64,000 bases of DNA from Nitrospirota bacterium (GCA_963790025.1 CAWBMP010000004.1:800001-864000); one strand, 5' to 3'. Shown: positions 50,754-60,879, counted from the stretch's first letter. Numbers and translations: made by a program. The notes: a model not told the origin generated them from the sequence alone.

Positions 50754-52034
50754 CTATTTTCTTCCTTTCCATGCCGGGAACGGCCAGACCACCGGTTTGG
50801 ATGCGGAGTCAAAAGGCCAGATAGTTACATATTCCTGATTGAGTATCTGTACCAGTGTCCCGCGTGCATAAATGTTCTGGTGTGATCTCGTGTCGAACTT
50901 GATACCCTGCCATGGGTAGATAGTCTGGTCGCCTGGTATGTTAGTCTCACCCAGAGCTTTTACAATTGCCTCAGGATCTGTGGACTTGGCCCGGTTGATG
51001 GCCTCGGCAAGCACAAATGGCGCCATAAAGCTCCGTGCAGCGTTTTCACTCATATCTATACCGTATTTCTTTTTGAAAAGTTCGTTGACCTTGCCCACGA
51101 GCGGTTTTTTCTTGGCAAGATCGAGAGCAAAGGTCGACCGGACAATTATGTAGTTCCCATCAGCCTTTATCGCCGCCAGGTAGCCGGGCTCGATATAACC
51201 TGCCATAGTTAAAATCCCTTTAGGTTGAAAACCCATTTCCTTGAACGTCTTGGTAAAGAGTATGGCATCAGTGATATACGAGGCATGCATCAATACGTCC
51301 GGTTTGCTCACAATGAGCTTGCCCACCTCGCTGGTCACATCTGTTGCATTGGCCGGGTATGCTATATCGGCGACCACTTTATACCCGAATTCAGAGGCAT
51401 ATTTCTTGTATGCCTTGCCGGCATTGGAGCCGAATTCCGTATTTTCGTAAAGCACAGCTATGTTATGAACTCTCTGCCCGGTCTTCTTTTCCAGGTCTTT
51501 CAGGAACTGGAACTGGTCCCGGGCAAAAATATCATCATGAGGGCTCACCCTGAAAAAGTATTTGAATCCCCTTTCAGTAAGTGTGGGAGAGGAAGAATCC
51601 GAGCAGACATAAGGAATTTTCAGCCTTTCGGTAATCTGGCTGGCGGTTTTCGTCACAGCACTCTGGTAGGCCCCCAGCATGGCAACTACCTTTTCCGAGG
51701 TGATCAGTCTTTCGGCCTCGGACATTCCGTTTTTCGGGTCCCCCTTGGTATCGGCATAAACGATCTCGATTTTTGCGCCGCCCAGGTTAGGCAGGCCCGC
51801 ACTCTTTGCCAGTGGGAGATCAAGGTCGTACTTACCGTTAATGATATCGACCGCCAGATCGACACCCCTTTTACAATCCAGACCGGTTGAAGCGATATTG
51901 CCGGTCAGGGGATAGACCCCACCGATCTTAATGACCTTCTGCTCTGACTGCACGGATAAGGAAAAACCCAGGATTAGCGACAACGATAATACGACGATTA
52001 AAACTCTCATGAAAGGTTTCGATGCCATCTCCAT
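50754..52034 (-). CDS. LivK-type periplasmic binding protein
   Basis: Signal peptide, IKIGGVYPLTG, GAYQS; AGGAGG RBS before ATG 52034. Confidence 0.9.
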   Translation of the reverse strand: MEMASKPFMRVLIVVLSLSLILGFSLSVQSEQKVIKIGGVYPLTGNIASTGLDCKRGVDLAVDIINGKYDLDLPLAKSAGLPNLGGAKIEIVYADTKGDPKNGMSEAERLITSEKVVAMLGAYQSAVTKTASQITERLKIPYVCSDSSSPTLTERGFKYFFRVSPHDDIFARDQFQFLKDLEKKTGQRVHNIAVLYENTEFGSNAGKAYKKYASEFGYKVVADIAYPANATDVTSEVGKLIVSKPDVLMHASYITDAILFTKTFKEMGFQPKGILTMAGYIEPGYLAAIKADGNYIIVRSTFALDLAKKKPLVGKVNELFKKKYGIDMSENAARSFMAPFVLAEAINRAKSTDPEAIVKALGETNIPGDQTIYPWQGIKFDTRSHQNIYARGTLVQILNQEYVTIWPFDSASKPVVWPFPAWKGRK

Positions 52035-52179
52035 TTTCCTCCTGTTTGTCTTTTTTTCTGTTAATGGAATAGTTCGATTGTTTAGGGCAGAAACATTGAC
52101 TTTTCGCATGTGGTCGGAATTGTTCATCGCTTAAAAAATACCACATTAATGTGCGAAAATACAATCGCAATACGTGGAG

Positions 52180-52252
52180 GGTAGTGGGCCATGGCCCCGA
52201 TTGGAAACAAAAGACTATTTGAGCCAGAGAAAAAACAAACTGGCCCACTACC
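52180..52252. repeat. REP/MITE-like repeat, copy 3 (73 bp, 12-bp inverted ends)
   Basis: GGTAGTGGGCCA...TGGCCCACTACC; inner part matches copies 1 and 2. Confidence 0.8.
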
Positions 52253-52267
52253 ATCGGGAGAACATAA

Positions 52268-53712
52268 TGTCGCGCCAAAATGATAATGTCCTATAGTACC
52301 AATTTAGAAATGTCCTATTGAGGTAATGCTATACTGCCTCTTTTTGAGAGGGAGGCGGGATGGCAGAAGGGGACATTATCATGGTACGGCAGAAGGAATT
52401 GAGGATATTGCATGTAATTCACAAAGTAATCGAAGGAGAGATAACTCAGAGGCTGGCAGCCGAAATTATTTCAATGAGTGAAAGACAGATAAGGAGAATA
52501 GTTAAACGTATAAGCGAGGAAGGGGATACAGGAATAAGGCACCGATCTCGCGGCAGACAATCGAACAGACAAAGGCCAAGGAAGCTCAAAGAAAGGGTTA
52601 TCAAGTTATATAAGGAGCGGTATAAAGGATTTGGGCCTACTCTGGCAGCAGAAAAGCTCTTTGAGATAGACGAAATAAAGATAAGTGATGAGACCTTACG
52701 CTTATGGCTTATTGAGGCAGGAGAATGGCAGAAAAGACGAAAAAGAAAGATACATAGACAATGGCGTCCACGGAAAATGAATTGTGGGGAAATGTTGCAG
52801 ATGGATGGCTCACATCACAAATGGTTTGAAGACAGAGGCCCACAATGTGTTCTAATGGCCTATATAGATGACGCAACGGGCAGAGTATATGGCAGGTTTT
52901 ATGAATACGAGGGCACAATCCCTGCGATGGACAGTTTTAAGCGGTACATAAGGAAATATGGCATTCCTATGAGCGTATATTTTGATAGGCACAAGACCTA
53001 TAAATCTTCATCTGAGCCCTCCATAGACGACGAGATTAACGGCACTGAACCCTTGAGCGAGTTTGGCAGAGCATTGGCAGAACTTGGAGTAAAACGCATT
53101 CATGCTTATTCTCCTCAGGCGAAAGGGCGCGTGGAGAGGCTGTATGAAACGTTACAGGACCGACTGGTAAAGGAACTGCGACTGCGCGGAATCAACACAA
53201 TAGAAGAAGCAAACATGTTCATGGAAGAACATTATTGGGCTGACTTTAATAAGAAATTTATGGTTCATCCGCATCATAAGGAAGATATTCATAGGGCTAT
53301 TCCAAAGGGACTTAACCTCAACAGGATATTATGTATACGGTCAGAGCATACAGTAGGAAATGACAATACTATACGGCACAATAAAAAAATCTATCAGCTT
53401 AAAGAGGCGTTTCCAAAGAAAACGAGAGTAATAGTCGAAGAACGCATTGACGGCACGATGTTAGTAATGTACCAGGATAGACGCATTAAGTATAAAGAAA
53501 TTGATGCCCGGCCGGAAAAGATGAATAAAGAGAAAAGCACCATTAGACGATATTCACAAAATAGCGTGCCGGCAAAAGATCATCTCTGGAGAACATCACA
53601 AGACCTTATATTCAAAAGGCAAGAGTTGAGGAAAAGGTTGAGGAAAGCAGCAGCGTAAAAACCGGACATTTCTATTTTGGTAAAAATAGGACATTTCTAA
53701 ATTGGCTTGACA
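52268..53712 (+). mobile_element. IS1202-family (formerly ISNCY) insertion sequence, 1445 bp, 17-bp target duplication
   Basis: TGT...ACA ends; tandem AATGTCC motifs in both inverted ends; direct repeat CCATCGGGAGAACATAA at 52251-52267 and 53713-53729. Confidence 0.92.
52360..53658 (+). CDS. DDE transposase (IS1202/IS481-like)
   Basis: HTH, FGPTLAAEKL, QMDGSHHKW, IDDATG, YFD, SPQAKGRVER. Confidence 0.95.
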   Translation: MAEGDIIMVRQKELRILHVIHKVIEGEITQRLAAEIISMSERQIRRIVKRISEEGDTGIRHRSRGRQSNRQRPRKLKERVIKLYKERYKGFGPTLAAEKLFEIDEIKISDETLRLWLIEAGEWQKRRKRKIHRQWRPRKMNCGEMLQMDGSHHKWFEDRGPQCVLMAYIDDATGRVYGRFYEYEGTIPAMDSFKRYIRKYGIPMSVYFDRHKTYKSSSEPSIDDEINGTEPLSEFGRALAELGVKRIHAYSPQAKGRVERLYETLQDRLVKELRLRGINTIEEANMFMEEHYWADFNKKFMVHPHHKEDIHRAIPKGLNLNRILCIRSEHTVGNDNTIRHNKKIYQLKEAFPKKTRVIVEERIDGTMLVMYQDRRIKYKEIDARPEKMNKEKSTIRRYSQNSVPAKDHLWRTSQDLIFKRQELRKRLRKAAA

Positions 53713-53804
53713 CCATCGGGAGAACATAATTGACAGAACTTGTTAAAAAATGTAGATTTTAATCTGGAGCATATCCAAACCACGTTTGGACGTAACACGG
53801 CATT

Positions 53805-54830
53805 ATGGACGAGAGCAACAAAACAGAAAAAACAGATCCGGCGGGTGCAGCCCTGGAGACACCTGTTAACGAACATGACCTGAGGGACATGATCGCCCGA
53901 TGGGTAGAGCCCTGCAGGGTGCCTAAAGTCCCGAGGATTGTTACAGACACATCGGACTTCTTCAAGGTTGATTATGACGATGTGGTAATTCTTGAGACCC
54001 ATCCTTACTTTATCAGGAACTATGAACGTGAGGGCCGTTTTGGCATTGATGAAGAGCCAAAGTTCTGGGTAAGAAGAGCGATAGATTTAACTGATGGAAG
54101 TATAAAAATCATTAAAATGGTCTTTCATGAACAGTTCAAGGGAAGGGTTGGCGATATAACATTTGATTGCGTTAGAAGTCCCCGGAAAGAGGCCCTTATC
54201 CTTGACATGGTCAGAGGGCACCCCAATTTCATGCAGGGCTTTTCCGTAAGTGACTCATCGGGAAACATAATCAGGATAATCGATTTTATCAAAGGTAAGA
54301 CACTGGCTGATCATGTACTGGGACTTGGTGAAGACCATGAAGACTATTTCTGCAACTTTTTTCCGTCCGTACTGGATGAATATATGGATTTGGTCATAGC
54401 AATAAAGTTCCTTCACGAGCGTGGCGAGAAACACGGCGACATCAGGCGTGATCACATCATAAAGGAAAAAGATACCGGCTTGTGCCGCTGGATAGATTTT
54501 GATTTTAACTATCTGCATGCGGCGAATATGTTTGGATATGATCTGTTCGGCCTGGGCAACATCCTGATATACCTTGCGGGCCGGGGCGACGTGACCTTTC
54601 AACGTCTTAAAGAAGATAATTCACCCGTTGTCAATGATTTAACCGCAGATGACATGAATATCATTTTTAACAACAGGCTGGTGAATCTGAAAAAGGTCTA
54701 CCCGTACATTCCGGAGGCCCTGAATATATCTCTACTGCACTTTTCACTGGGAGCAAATGTCTTCTACGATGATACCAGCCAACTCCTCGCCGACCTGGGT
54801 GAAGTGAGGGAGCAAATTTCGCATTCGTAA
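53805..54830 (+). CDS. atypical protein kinase-like protein
   Basis: IIKMV, KE..IL, FLH..GEKHGDIRRDHII, WIDFD, DLFGLG. Confidence 0.75.
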   Translation: MDESNKTEKTDPAGAALETPVNEHDLRDMIARWVEPCRVPKVPRIVTDTSDFFKVDYDDVVILETHPYFIRNYEREGRFGIDEEPKFWVRRAIDLTDGSIKIIKMVFHEQFKGRVGDITFDCVRSPRKEALILDMVRGHPNFMQGFSVSDSSGNIIRIIDFIKGKTLADHVLGLGEDHEDYFCNFFPSVLDEYMDLVIAIKFLHERGEKHGDIRRDHIIKEKDTGLCRWIDFDFNYLHAANMFGYDLFGLGNILIYLAGRGDVTFQRLKEDNSPVVNDLTADDMNIIFNNRLVNLKKVYPYIPEALNISLLHFSLGANVFYDDTSQLLADLGEVREQISHS

Positions 54831-54845
54831 TTAAGGAGAAATTTT

Positions 54846-55325
54846 ATGACGACAAACGAGACGAGTTGCCCTGCTGAAGACAGGCACATTCTTATTGCTG
54901 CGGATGAATCTGAAAATGCGAGGCGCGCTGTACTCTATGTTGCGGATTTTTTGGGATGCGTCCCGCGCGTCTTTGTGACCTTGCTCCGTGTCATACCTGA
55001 ACCTCCGGTGGATTATTTCAAAACCGGAGAAGAGCGAAGCTCCTGGATAGAGCTACAAAAATCTCAAGCGGCAGTGATGCTCGATAATTACAGCCGTATA
55101 CTTGTCCAGGCTGGGTTCACGGAAAACAAAGTCGAACAGCGCGTCGAAATCAGCAGTTGTCCGTTTATCGCGGATTGCATACTTAATGCGCAGCAGAGGC
55201 TCAAATGCGGCACTCTCGTCATAGGACGCCGGGGCATATCAAAAAAAGAGGAGTTCCTGTTCGGCAGCACATCAAGCAAAATCGTACAATCCGCCAGGAA
55301 CTGCGCCGTATGGGTAATCGAGTAG
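54846..55325 (+). CDS. universal stress protein
   Basis: ILIAADESENA, VIGRRG...FGSTS, AVWVI. Confidence 0.9.
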   Translation: MTTNETSCPAEDRHILIAADESENARRAVLYVADFLGCVPRVFVTLLRVIPEPPVDYFKTGEERSSWIELQKSQAAVMLDNYSRILVQAGFTENKVEQRVEISSCPFIADCILNAQQRLKCGTLVIGRRGISKKEEFLFGSTSSKIVQSARNCAVWVIE

Positions 55326-55342
55326 TCGAAAAAATGCTATCG

Positions 55343-57991
55343 TTAACAAAAAACTCTCAATGCCTCGAAGAGGCCCTCTGCTCGCTGTCTTACTTCCTCG
55401 ATATCTCCTGCAGTTTTCAGCAACCCGTTCAGCTCGGATGCAAGCATCGCCTGTTTCTCGAGCCCGCTGTTCAGCAGGCCGTCTATCAGCGCATGCAGGA
55501 CCCTCTGAATGAAATCAATTTCACCTGATGCAATCGCCTCTTCCAAGGCCTTCAGTGACGTCCGCACCGAATCAATAGAGCTCAGGAGCATGGCCCGGGC
55601 TCTTTCTTCTCCACAACCGAGATTTTCCATGAAATAGCGGACTGCAGTCTCCTTCATGTCCCCCGGCTCTGCCGCCGGCGTGTCCGTCACGTGGACTGCC
55701 GCATTATCTGTCATATTGCCTCTCCCGGCAAAAGAGAGCTTGCTCAGGGCCTCTTCGATTGCCTCTTTTTTGAGTGGCTTGGTGATGTAATCGTTCATCC
55801 CTGCATCTAATGCCCTGCTGATTTCATCCGACAGGGCGTTAGCTGACACGGCAATTATGGGGATCTGTATACCCGCTTTCCGTATCTCCTTTGTAGCAGT
55901 GATTCCGTCCATAAAAGGCATCTGCATGTCCATAAGGATTACGTCGTAGGTTGCTGCCTTTGCCATTTTGACCGCCTCGACTCCGTCATGAGCAATGTCC
56001 GGCCTGATGGAAAAGAAGGTCTGCAACATCGCTTGCGCCAAAAGGACATTCATCTCAACATCTTCAACAACAAGTACCTTCAACGCACTGAACCTGTCTG
56101 CGGCAACCTCCCACCGCCTCGCAGCTGTTTCTTTTCCCGATGGCTTAGGAATAGTCCCCAGCACAAAACTGACATAAAACTTAGTCCCCACTCCCTCTTT
56201 GCTTACAACCTCGATATCACCGTCCATCATCCTGGCAATTGACCTTGAAAGGTAAAGGCCAAGACCTGTCCCGCCATATCTGGACGAATGCATCTGTTTG
56301 AAGGGCGTAAAGAGATACTGTATTCTGTCCTCTGGGATACCGATACCCGTGTCCTCTACGCAGAATCTGAATGCAGCGCCGTCGGTACCAATATCTTCAT
56401 CGGCCATCAAAGAGAGCTTAACATATCCATTTTCAGTAAATTTAGCCGCGTTGCCAAGGAGATTTAGGAAAATCTGCTTAATACGCATCGCATCTCCAAC
56501 CACAAGAAAATCCATTTTGGGTATTTCATGCAAAAACTTCACCGTCTTCTGCCCGCGTGAGGAGATTATGGCCAGACATTCCACCATAATTTCCCGGAGA
56601 TCGAAGGGTTCCATCTTCAGATTCAATTGTCCTGCATCGATCTTCGAGACATCGAGCACATCGTTGATAAGAGAAAGGAGGTGATCGGCACTCTTCTGCG
56701 TATATTGCAGCAACTGGCGCTGGTATGCGTCGAGCGAAGTGGTAGACAGGACGTCGCCGAACCCGATGATTGAGTTCAGCGGCGTCCTGATCTCGTGGCT
56801 CATAGAGGCAAGGAAGCGCTTCTGGGACTCGAGCGCATGTCGGCGACTTTCAGATGTTTCCGCAAGTTCCTCTGTTTTCCGCCTCAGCTCCTCCTCCGTC
56901 TTGATACGCCCGGTAATGTCTTTTGCCACACAGACTATCCCGTACATTTTGTTCTTAACATACATGGTGGACCCTGAAAAGAGCATAGGGACCTTTGCAC
57001 CGTCTTTCGTTATGTACTTGGTTTCGTAGCTGCTGATGAGGCCCTTAGATATCACTTCATCAATAATCGGCTCACTCGTGGTCGCGCCACCATCCAGAAT
57101 CACTGCAATGGGTTTACCGATAAGTTCTTTTTCCTCGTAGCCCAATAGTGCAGCCGTCGCGTCATTCGCCATGATAATATTTTTATCCGGAGATAGAACA
57201 ATGAGCGTATCGATTATGCTCTTGATTATCGTATCCACATAATCTTTAGAGACGGTCACTTTCTCCAAACTGCTGAGCATTTGATTAAACCTGTCAGCCA
57301 GCAGCTTCACCTCGCCAATCGTGTCGACCTTTACACGTGTAGAGAGATCGCCATCAGCAAGTACGGATGTTGCCCGAGTGAGCTCCGCTATTGGGTCTAA
57401 TAAAATTTTCTTTGAAGCGACAAACATCATGACGCCGAGCACGAGCGCTACCGCCGCATTCAGAGAGACGATAAACAGTATCACACGCGCAACCTGCTTG
57501 TTAAGCCTATATTCCGACATACCAATAGTAACTTCGCCGACAGGTGTAACCCCCACCATGACTGGAACAGAGATTTCCATGATAGGTTCCATTTTTTTGA
57601 CGCCATCCACAATATCCTGAAGCCCGCTGTCTCTTGGTAACTGTGAGAGGATTTTATTGAACCTTGGAAACTGGTAGTTTACGCTGGCAAATTGAGAAGT
57701 CAGAAGGTTCCCTTGTTCATCGCGGATAACGGAATAGACAATGTCTTCCTTGTGCAAATCGTTCACAAGGACATCCAGGTGCAGATAATCCTTCAGGACC
57801 AGACTGTCCCTGCTCTGTCGGGCCAATAAGGAAGCGAGACTTTGCCCATGCTCCAACAAGGTGTTCTTTTGCTCTCTCCGTTCATTTATTGCGATAACGA
57901 TACTTAATCCAAGTGTACCGATGAAGAGGATAGCGAATAATATACTCAGGAATCTGAAGCGGATGCTATTTTGAAATCGTTCTTTGACCAT
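55343..57991 (-). CDS. hybrid histidine kinase (HAMP, PAS, HisKA, HATPase, REC, Hpt-like)
   Basis: MSHEIRTPLN, NLLGNA.KFT, GGTGLGL, MDMQMP, C-terminal LHAL helical region. Confidence 0.92.
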   Translation of the reverse strand: MVKERFQNSIRFRFLSILFAILFIGTLGLSIVIAINERREQKNTLLEHGQSLASLLARQSRDSLVLKDYLHLDVLVNDLHKEDIVYSVIRDEQGNLLTSQFASVNYQFPRFNKILSQLPRDSGLQDIVDGVKKMEPIMEISVPVMVGVTPVGEVTIGMSEYRLNKQVARVILFIVSLNAAVALVLGVMMFVASKKILLDPIAELTRATSVLADGDLSTRVKVDTIGEVKLLADRFNQMLSSLEKVTVSKDYVDTIIKSIIDTLIVLSPDKNIIMANDATAALLGYEEKELIGKPIAVILDGGATTSEPIIDEVISKGLISSYETKYITKDGAKVPMLFSGSTMYVKNKMYGIVCVAKDITGRIKTEEELRRKTEELAETSESRRHALESQKRFLASMSHEIRTPLNSIIGFGDVLSTTSLDAYQRQLLQYTQKSADHLLSLINDVLDVSKIDAGQLNLKMEPFDLREIMVECLAIISSRGQKTVKFLHEIPKMDFLVVGDAMRIKQIFLNLLGNAAKFTENGYVKLSLMADEDIGTDGAAFRFCVEDTGIGIPEDRIQYLFTPFKQMHSSRYGGTGLGLYLSRSIARMMDGDIEVVSKEGVGTKFYVSFVLGTIPKPSGKETAARRWEVAADRFSALKVLVVEDVEMNVLLAQAMLQTFFSIRPDIAHDGVEAVKMAKAATYDVILMDMQMPFMDGITATKEIRKAGIQIPIIAVSANALSDEISRALDAGMNDYITKPLKKEAIEEALSKLSFAGRGNMTDNAAVHVTDTPAAEPGDMKETAVRYFMENLGCGEERARAMLLSSIDSVRTSLKALEEAIASGEIDFIQRVLHALIDGLLNSGLEKQAMLASELNGLLKTAGDIEEVRQRAEGLFEALRVFC

Positions 57992-58032
57992 GACTATCGG
58001 CCCATTCCGTCCCAACAACGTGTTCCCACGAT

Positions 58033-58995
58033 TTATTTTAGCTTCTTGGTTACCTTATTCATTATTTTCTGAGGTATCTGAAACCGCCCGGCCCTTAATG
58101 TCTCCATGTTAAGCACCATCTCATATTTTCCTGGAGATTCTATAGGGATAGATGACGGCTTTGCGCCTTTTAAAATCCTTATCGCTTTTTCTCCTGCCAT
58201 ACGGCCACCCTTATAGGAATCATCGCATATGCCGAGAAGTGCCCCTTTTCTCACCAGGTCTTCGAGATGGGTCATAGTGACAACTCCTGCCTTAGTTGCC
58301 ATATCCGCGATCATTGAAATATTGCTGTCGACAAGGTTGCTGCCGGTAAAATAAATCGCATCCGATGTCCGGACAACTGCCGTCATGATTTCAGGAATAT
58401 CCTCAGCCTTAGTCAAGGGGACCGGCTGAATTTTGATAGTATAATTCTTCTGAATATTCAGCATATCTCTAAGTATTGACTCGGAATTCTTTTCATCTGG
58501 AGTATAGAGAACAGCCAGTTTTTTTATCGTCCCGAACTCTTGCACGGTGTCAAGGAGCTTTGATACGGGAAATTTTGTGGTAGTGCCCGTTGTGTTGTTG
58601 CCCGAGCTCTTCCAAGACTTTGCTATTCCTGCCTCCACAGGATCGTAGACGACAGCAAATACTATCGGGGTTGTTTTAATCTCTCTGGCGGTAGCTACAG
58701 TCGCAGAGGTGCCTATGGTAAAGATCAAATCCATTTTTAATGCAGCAAACGTCTTTACCAACTCCGCTGCCCTCGCCTTGTTGGCATCAGCTTGTTCAAT
58801 AATGAACATTGTTTCGGGTCCTTTGAAGCCGGCTTCCTTGAGCACATCGATAAAGCCTTTGACAGCGTCATCATAGCGGGTCTGTCCACTGAAAGCAAGG
58901 ATACCTATCTTTTTTTCCGCTCTCGCTTCCGCAGAAAGAAGGGCGATGCTTGCAACAAAAAAAGCAAGGACCAGAATCTTTTTAACTGTCTGCAT
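58033..58995 (-). CDS. ABC_sub_bind-type periplasmic binding protein
   Basis: Signal peptide, PIVF..VYDPVEAGI, GNNTTG, ILKGAKPSSIPIE. Confidence 0.85.
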   Translation of the reverse strand: MQTVKKILVLAFFVASIALLSAEARAEKKIGILAFSGQTRYDDAVKGFIDVLKEAGFKGPETMFIIEQADANKARAAELVKTFAALKMDLIFTIGTSATVATAREIKTTPIVFAVVYDPVEAGIAKSWKSSGNNTTGTTTKFPVSKLLDTVQEFGTIKKLAVLYTPDEKNSESILRDMLNIQKNYTIKIQPVPLTKAEDIPEIMTAVVRTSDAIYFTGSNLVDSNISMIADMATKAGVVTMTHLEDLVRKGALLGICDDSYKGGRMAGEKAIRILKGAKPSSIPIESPGKYEMVLNMETLRAGRFQIPQKIMNKVTKKLK

Positions 58996-59055
58996 TGTCT
59001 TATCTTATACTCGTCCGGCAATTTTGTCCATCCGGATTTAAGGAAATTAATTATT

Positions 59056-59090
59056 AAAAAAGGGCGAAGGAAACTCCTGCGCCCTTTTTT
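59056..59090. terminator. intrinsic terminator, bidirectional form
   Basis: AAAAAAGGGCG...CGCCCTTTTTT after the cytochrome gene. Confidence 0.75.
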
Positions 59091-59114
59091 AAACCGTGTT
59101 TCCCCGTCCGCTAT

Positions 59115-59984
59115 TTACTTATGGCACTTGTCGCACTCCGTAACCGCTACCGCAATTTTTCCGTTGTGGCACGTGCCGCAGTATTTGCCATTGTTCATTG
59201 CATCCATAGTCATCTTACCATTGGTCTTCTTCATTGCAAACAGTCTTGGGTGGCATTTTTCGCAGGAGAACTGAGCAGTGTGCACCTGATGGCTGAATTG
59301 AACAGGGCCGGCGTCTTTAGGCTTATATGCAAGCGGCGTCTTCGGCGGGGTCATCTTGGCATGGCATTTGGTGCATTCAGTGGAAGCAAAGGCAGTTTTT
59401 CCGTTATGGCATGAGCCGCAGTATTTGCCGCCGTACAGATCGCTCATGGAGATCTTGTCCGCTCCCTTTTTCGGTGCAAAGAGCTTCGAATGGCAGTCCG
59501 CACATTTATAGTTCCTTGCGTGCAATTCATGCACAAAACTTACCGCTGAATCACCGCTTCCCATGACAATCGCACCTTTAGGTCCCTGTATTGATTTAGC
59601 AATGGGTTTGGGCTTTCCTTCGACTGCCGTAAACTCCTTTACGCCGCCATGACAGCGGGCGCATTGCGTGTTTGAAGCAAAAGCCGCCTTGCCATTATGG
59701 CATGCGCCGCAGTATTTGCCGCTGTACAGTCCCTCCATGTTAAAATCCGCTTTCCCCTGTGCTGCCAATGCCTTCATTTCAAAAAGGTTCGTGTGGCACA
59801 CATCGCAGCTCAGCCCTTTTTCATCCACATGCAACTTATGGCTGAAAAGCACGGACTTGAGGGGTTTCGTATACATGATGTCCCCTCCCCCTGCAGCCGC
59901 TTCGTCAGCAAAGGCATTGCCAGAACCAAGGAGGAAAACCGTTGTCACAATAATGAGGAAGCAGGAATAACCTATTTTGTTCAT
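59115..59984 (-). CDS. nine-heme cytochrome c, three c7-type repeats
   Basis: Signal peptide; 9 CxxCH in three F.H..H / M..GKYCG.CHNG units. Confidence 0.92.
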   Translation of the reverse strand: MNKIGYSCFLIIVTTVFLLGSGNAFADEAAAGGGDIMYTKPLKSVLFSHKLHVDEKGLSCDVCHTNLFEMKALAAQGKADFNMEGLYSGKYCGACHNGKAAFASNTQCARCHGGVKEFTAVEGKPKPIAKSIQGPKGAIVMGSGDSAVSFVHELHARNYKCADCHSKLFAPKKGADKISMSDLYGGKYCGSCHNGKTAFASTECTKCHAKMTPPKTPLAYKPKDAGPVQFSHQVHTAQFSCEKCHPRLFAMKKTNGKMTMDAMNNGKYCGTCHNGKIAVAVTECDKCHK

Positions 59985-60123
59985 TAATAACCCCTCTTAA
60001 ATGTAGTTAAGAAATTAAGATAGTAATAGGTGTAATGAAGGATGTGTCTCTGGAGCGAATCACGGACTCTTGGTAACAGTTCTCGGCGATCCTTCATTAA
60101 TCTCTCAATTGCAATATATCGTA

Positions 60124-60879
60124 TTATCCCTTTGTGTAAAAAACATTGGGTTTTGCTCCGACTTCAGGACGTAACATCCATACTGCTTTTTCGAGCTGGT
60201 GCACCATCTTGTAGACCTCGCTTCCGGGGTCCGACAAATCACCAAAATTCCTGACGCTGGCGGGACATGCCGCAGCGCAGGCAGTCAGCTTTTCACCTTT
60301 GGAAATCCGGGTATCGTAACAGAAATTGCACTTGTCAATGGCGTGTCGCTCCTCATTGAAATACCGCGCGTTATAAGGGCAAGCCAGCATGCAGTTCTTG
60401 CAGCCTATGCATTTATAGCTTTGCATCAAAACAATACCGGTTTTCTCATCCTTTATAGTCGCCCTGGTCGGGCAGGCCCTCACACACGGCGGGTTGTTGC
60501 ATTGATTGCAGAGCACCGGGATAAATTCCCTCTTTCTACCTATGTCGTCGGGGACGTCTTTCTCCAATATCCTTGTCCGGTAGCCATATGAGGGCACATC
60601 GTTCGTAATGATGCAGGCATCTATGCAGCGCTCGCAGTCTATGCACCTGTCCTGCCGCAGGACCATGGTGTAATGCGGCTTGTACGGATATTTTTTTGCC
60701 GCCTCCTCGGGGGAAGCGAAGACACTGTTGAAATTCGACATTGCAGATAAGACCGTACCTCCCGCAAACACACCGGTTATAATAAGTCCGATCTTCAGGA
60801 ATTCCCTTCGCTCCATCGGAGATACCGAATCCATACTCTCTCTTTTCAAATTATCCAAATCTATTTTGACGTTCTTCAC
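60124..60879 (-). CDS. NrfC/DsrO-type 4Fe-4S protein with Tat motif
   Basis: ERREFLK twin-arginine motif; four Cys clusters. Confidence 0.9.
   Translation of the reverse strand: MKNVKIDLDNLKRESMDSVSPMERREFLKIGLIITGVFAGGTVLSAMSNFNSVFASPEEAAKKYPYKPHYTMVLRQDRCIDCERCIDACIITNDVPSYGYRTRILEKDVPDDIGRKREFIPVLCNQCNNPPCVRACPTRATIKDEKTGIVLMQSYKCIGCKNCMLACPYNARYFNEERHAIDKCNFCYDTRISKGEKLTACAAACPASVRNFGDLSDPGSEVYKMVHQLEKAVWMLRPEVGAKPNVFYTKG

Noticed and set aside
52108..52153. FadR/LldR-like half-site TGGTCGGA and palindrome CACATTAATGTG before livK
   Set aside because: Incomplete match and no regulator gene in the window.
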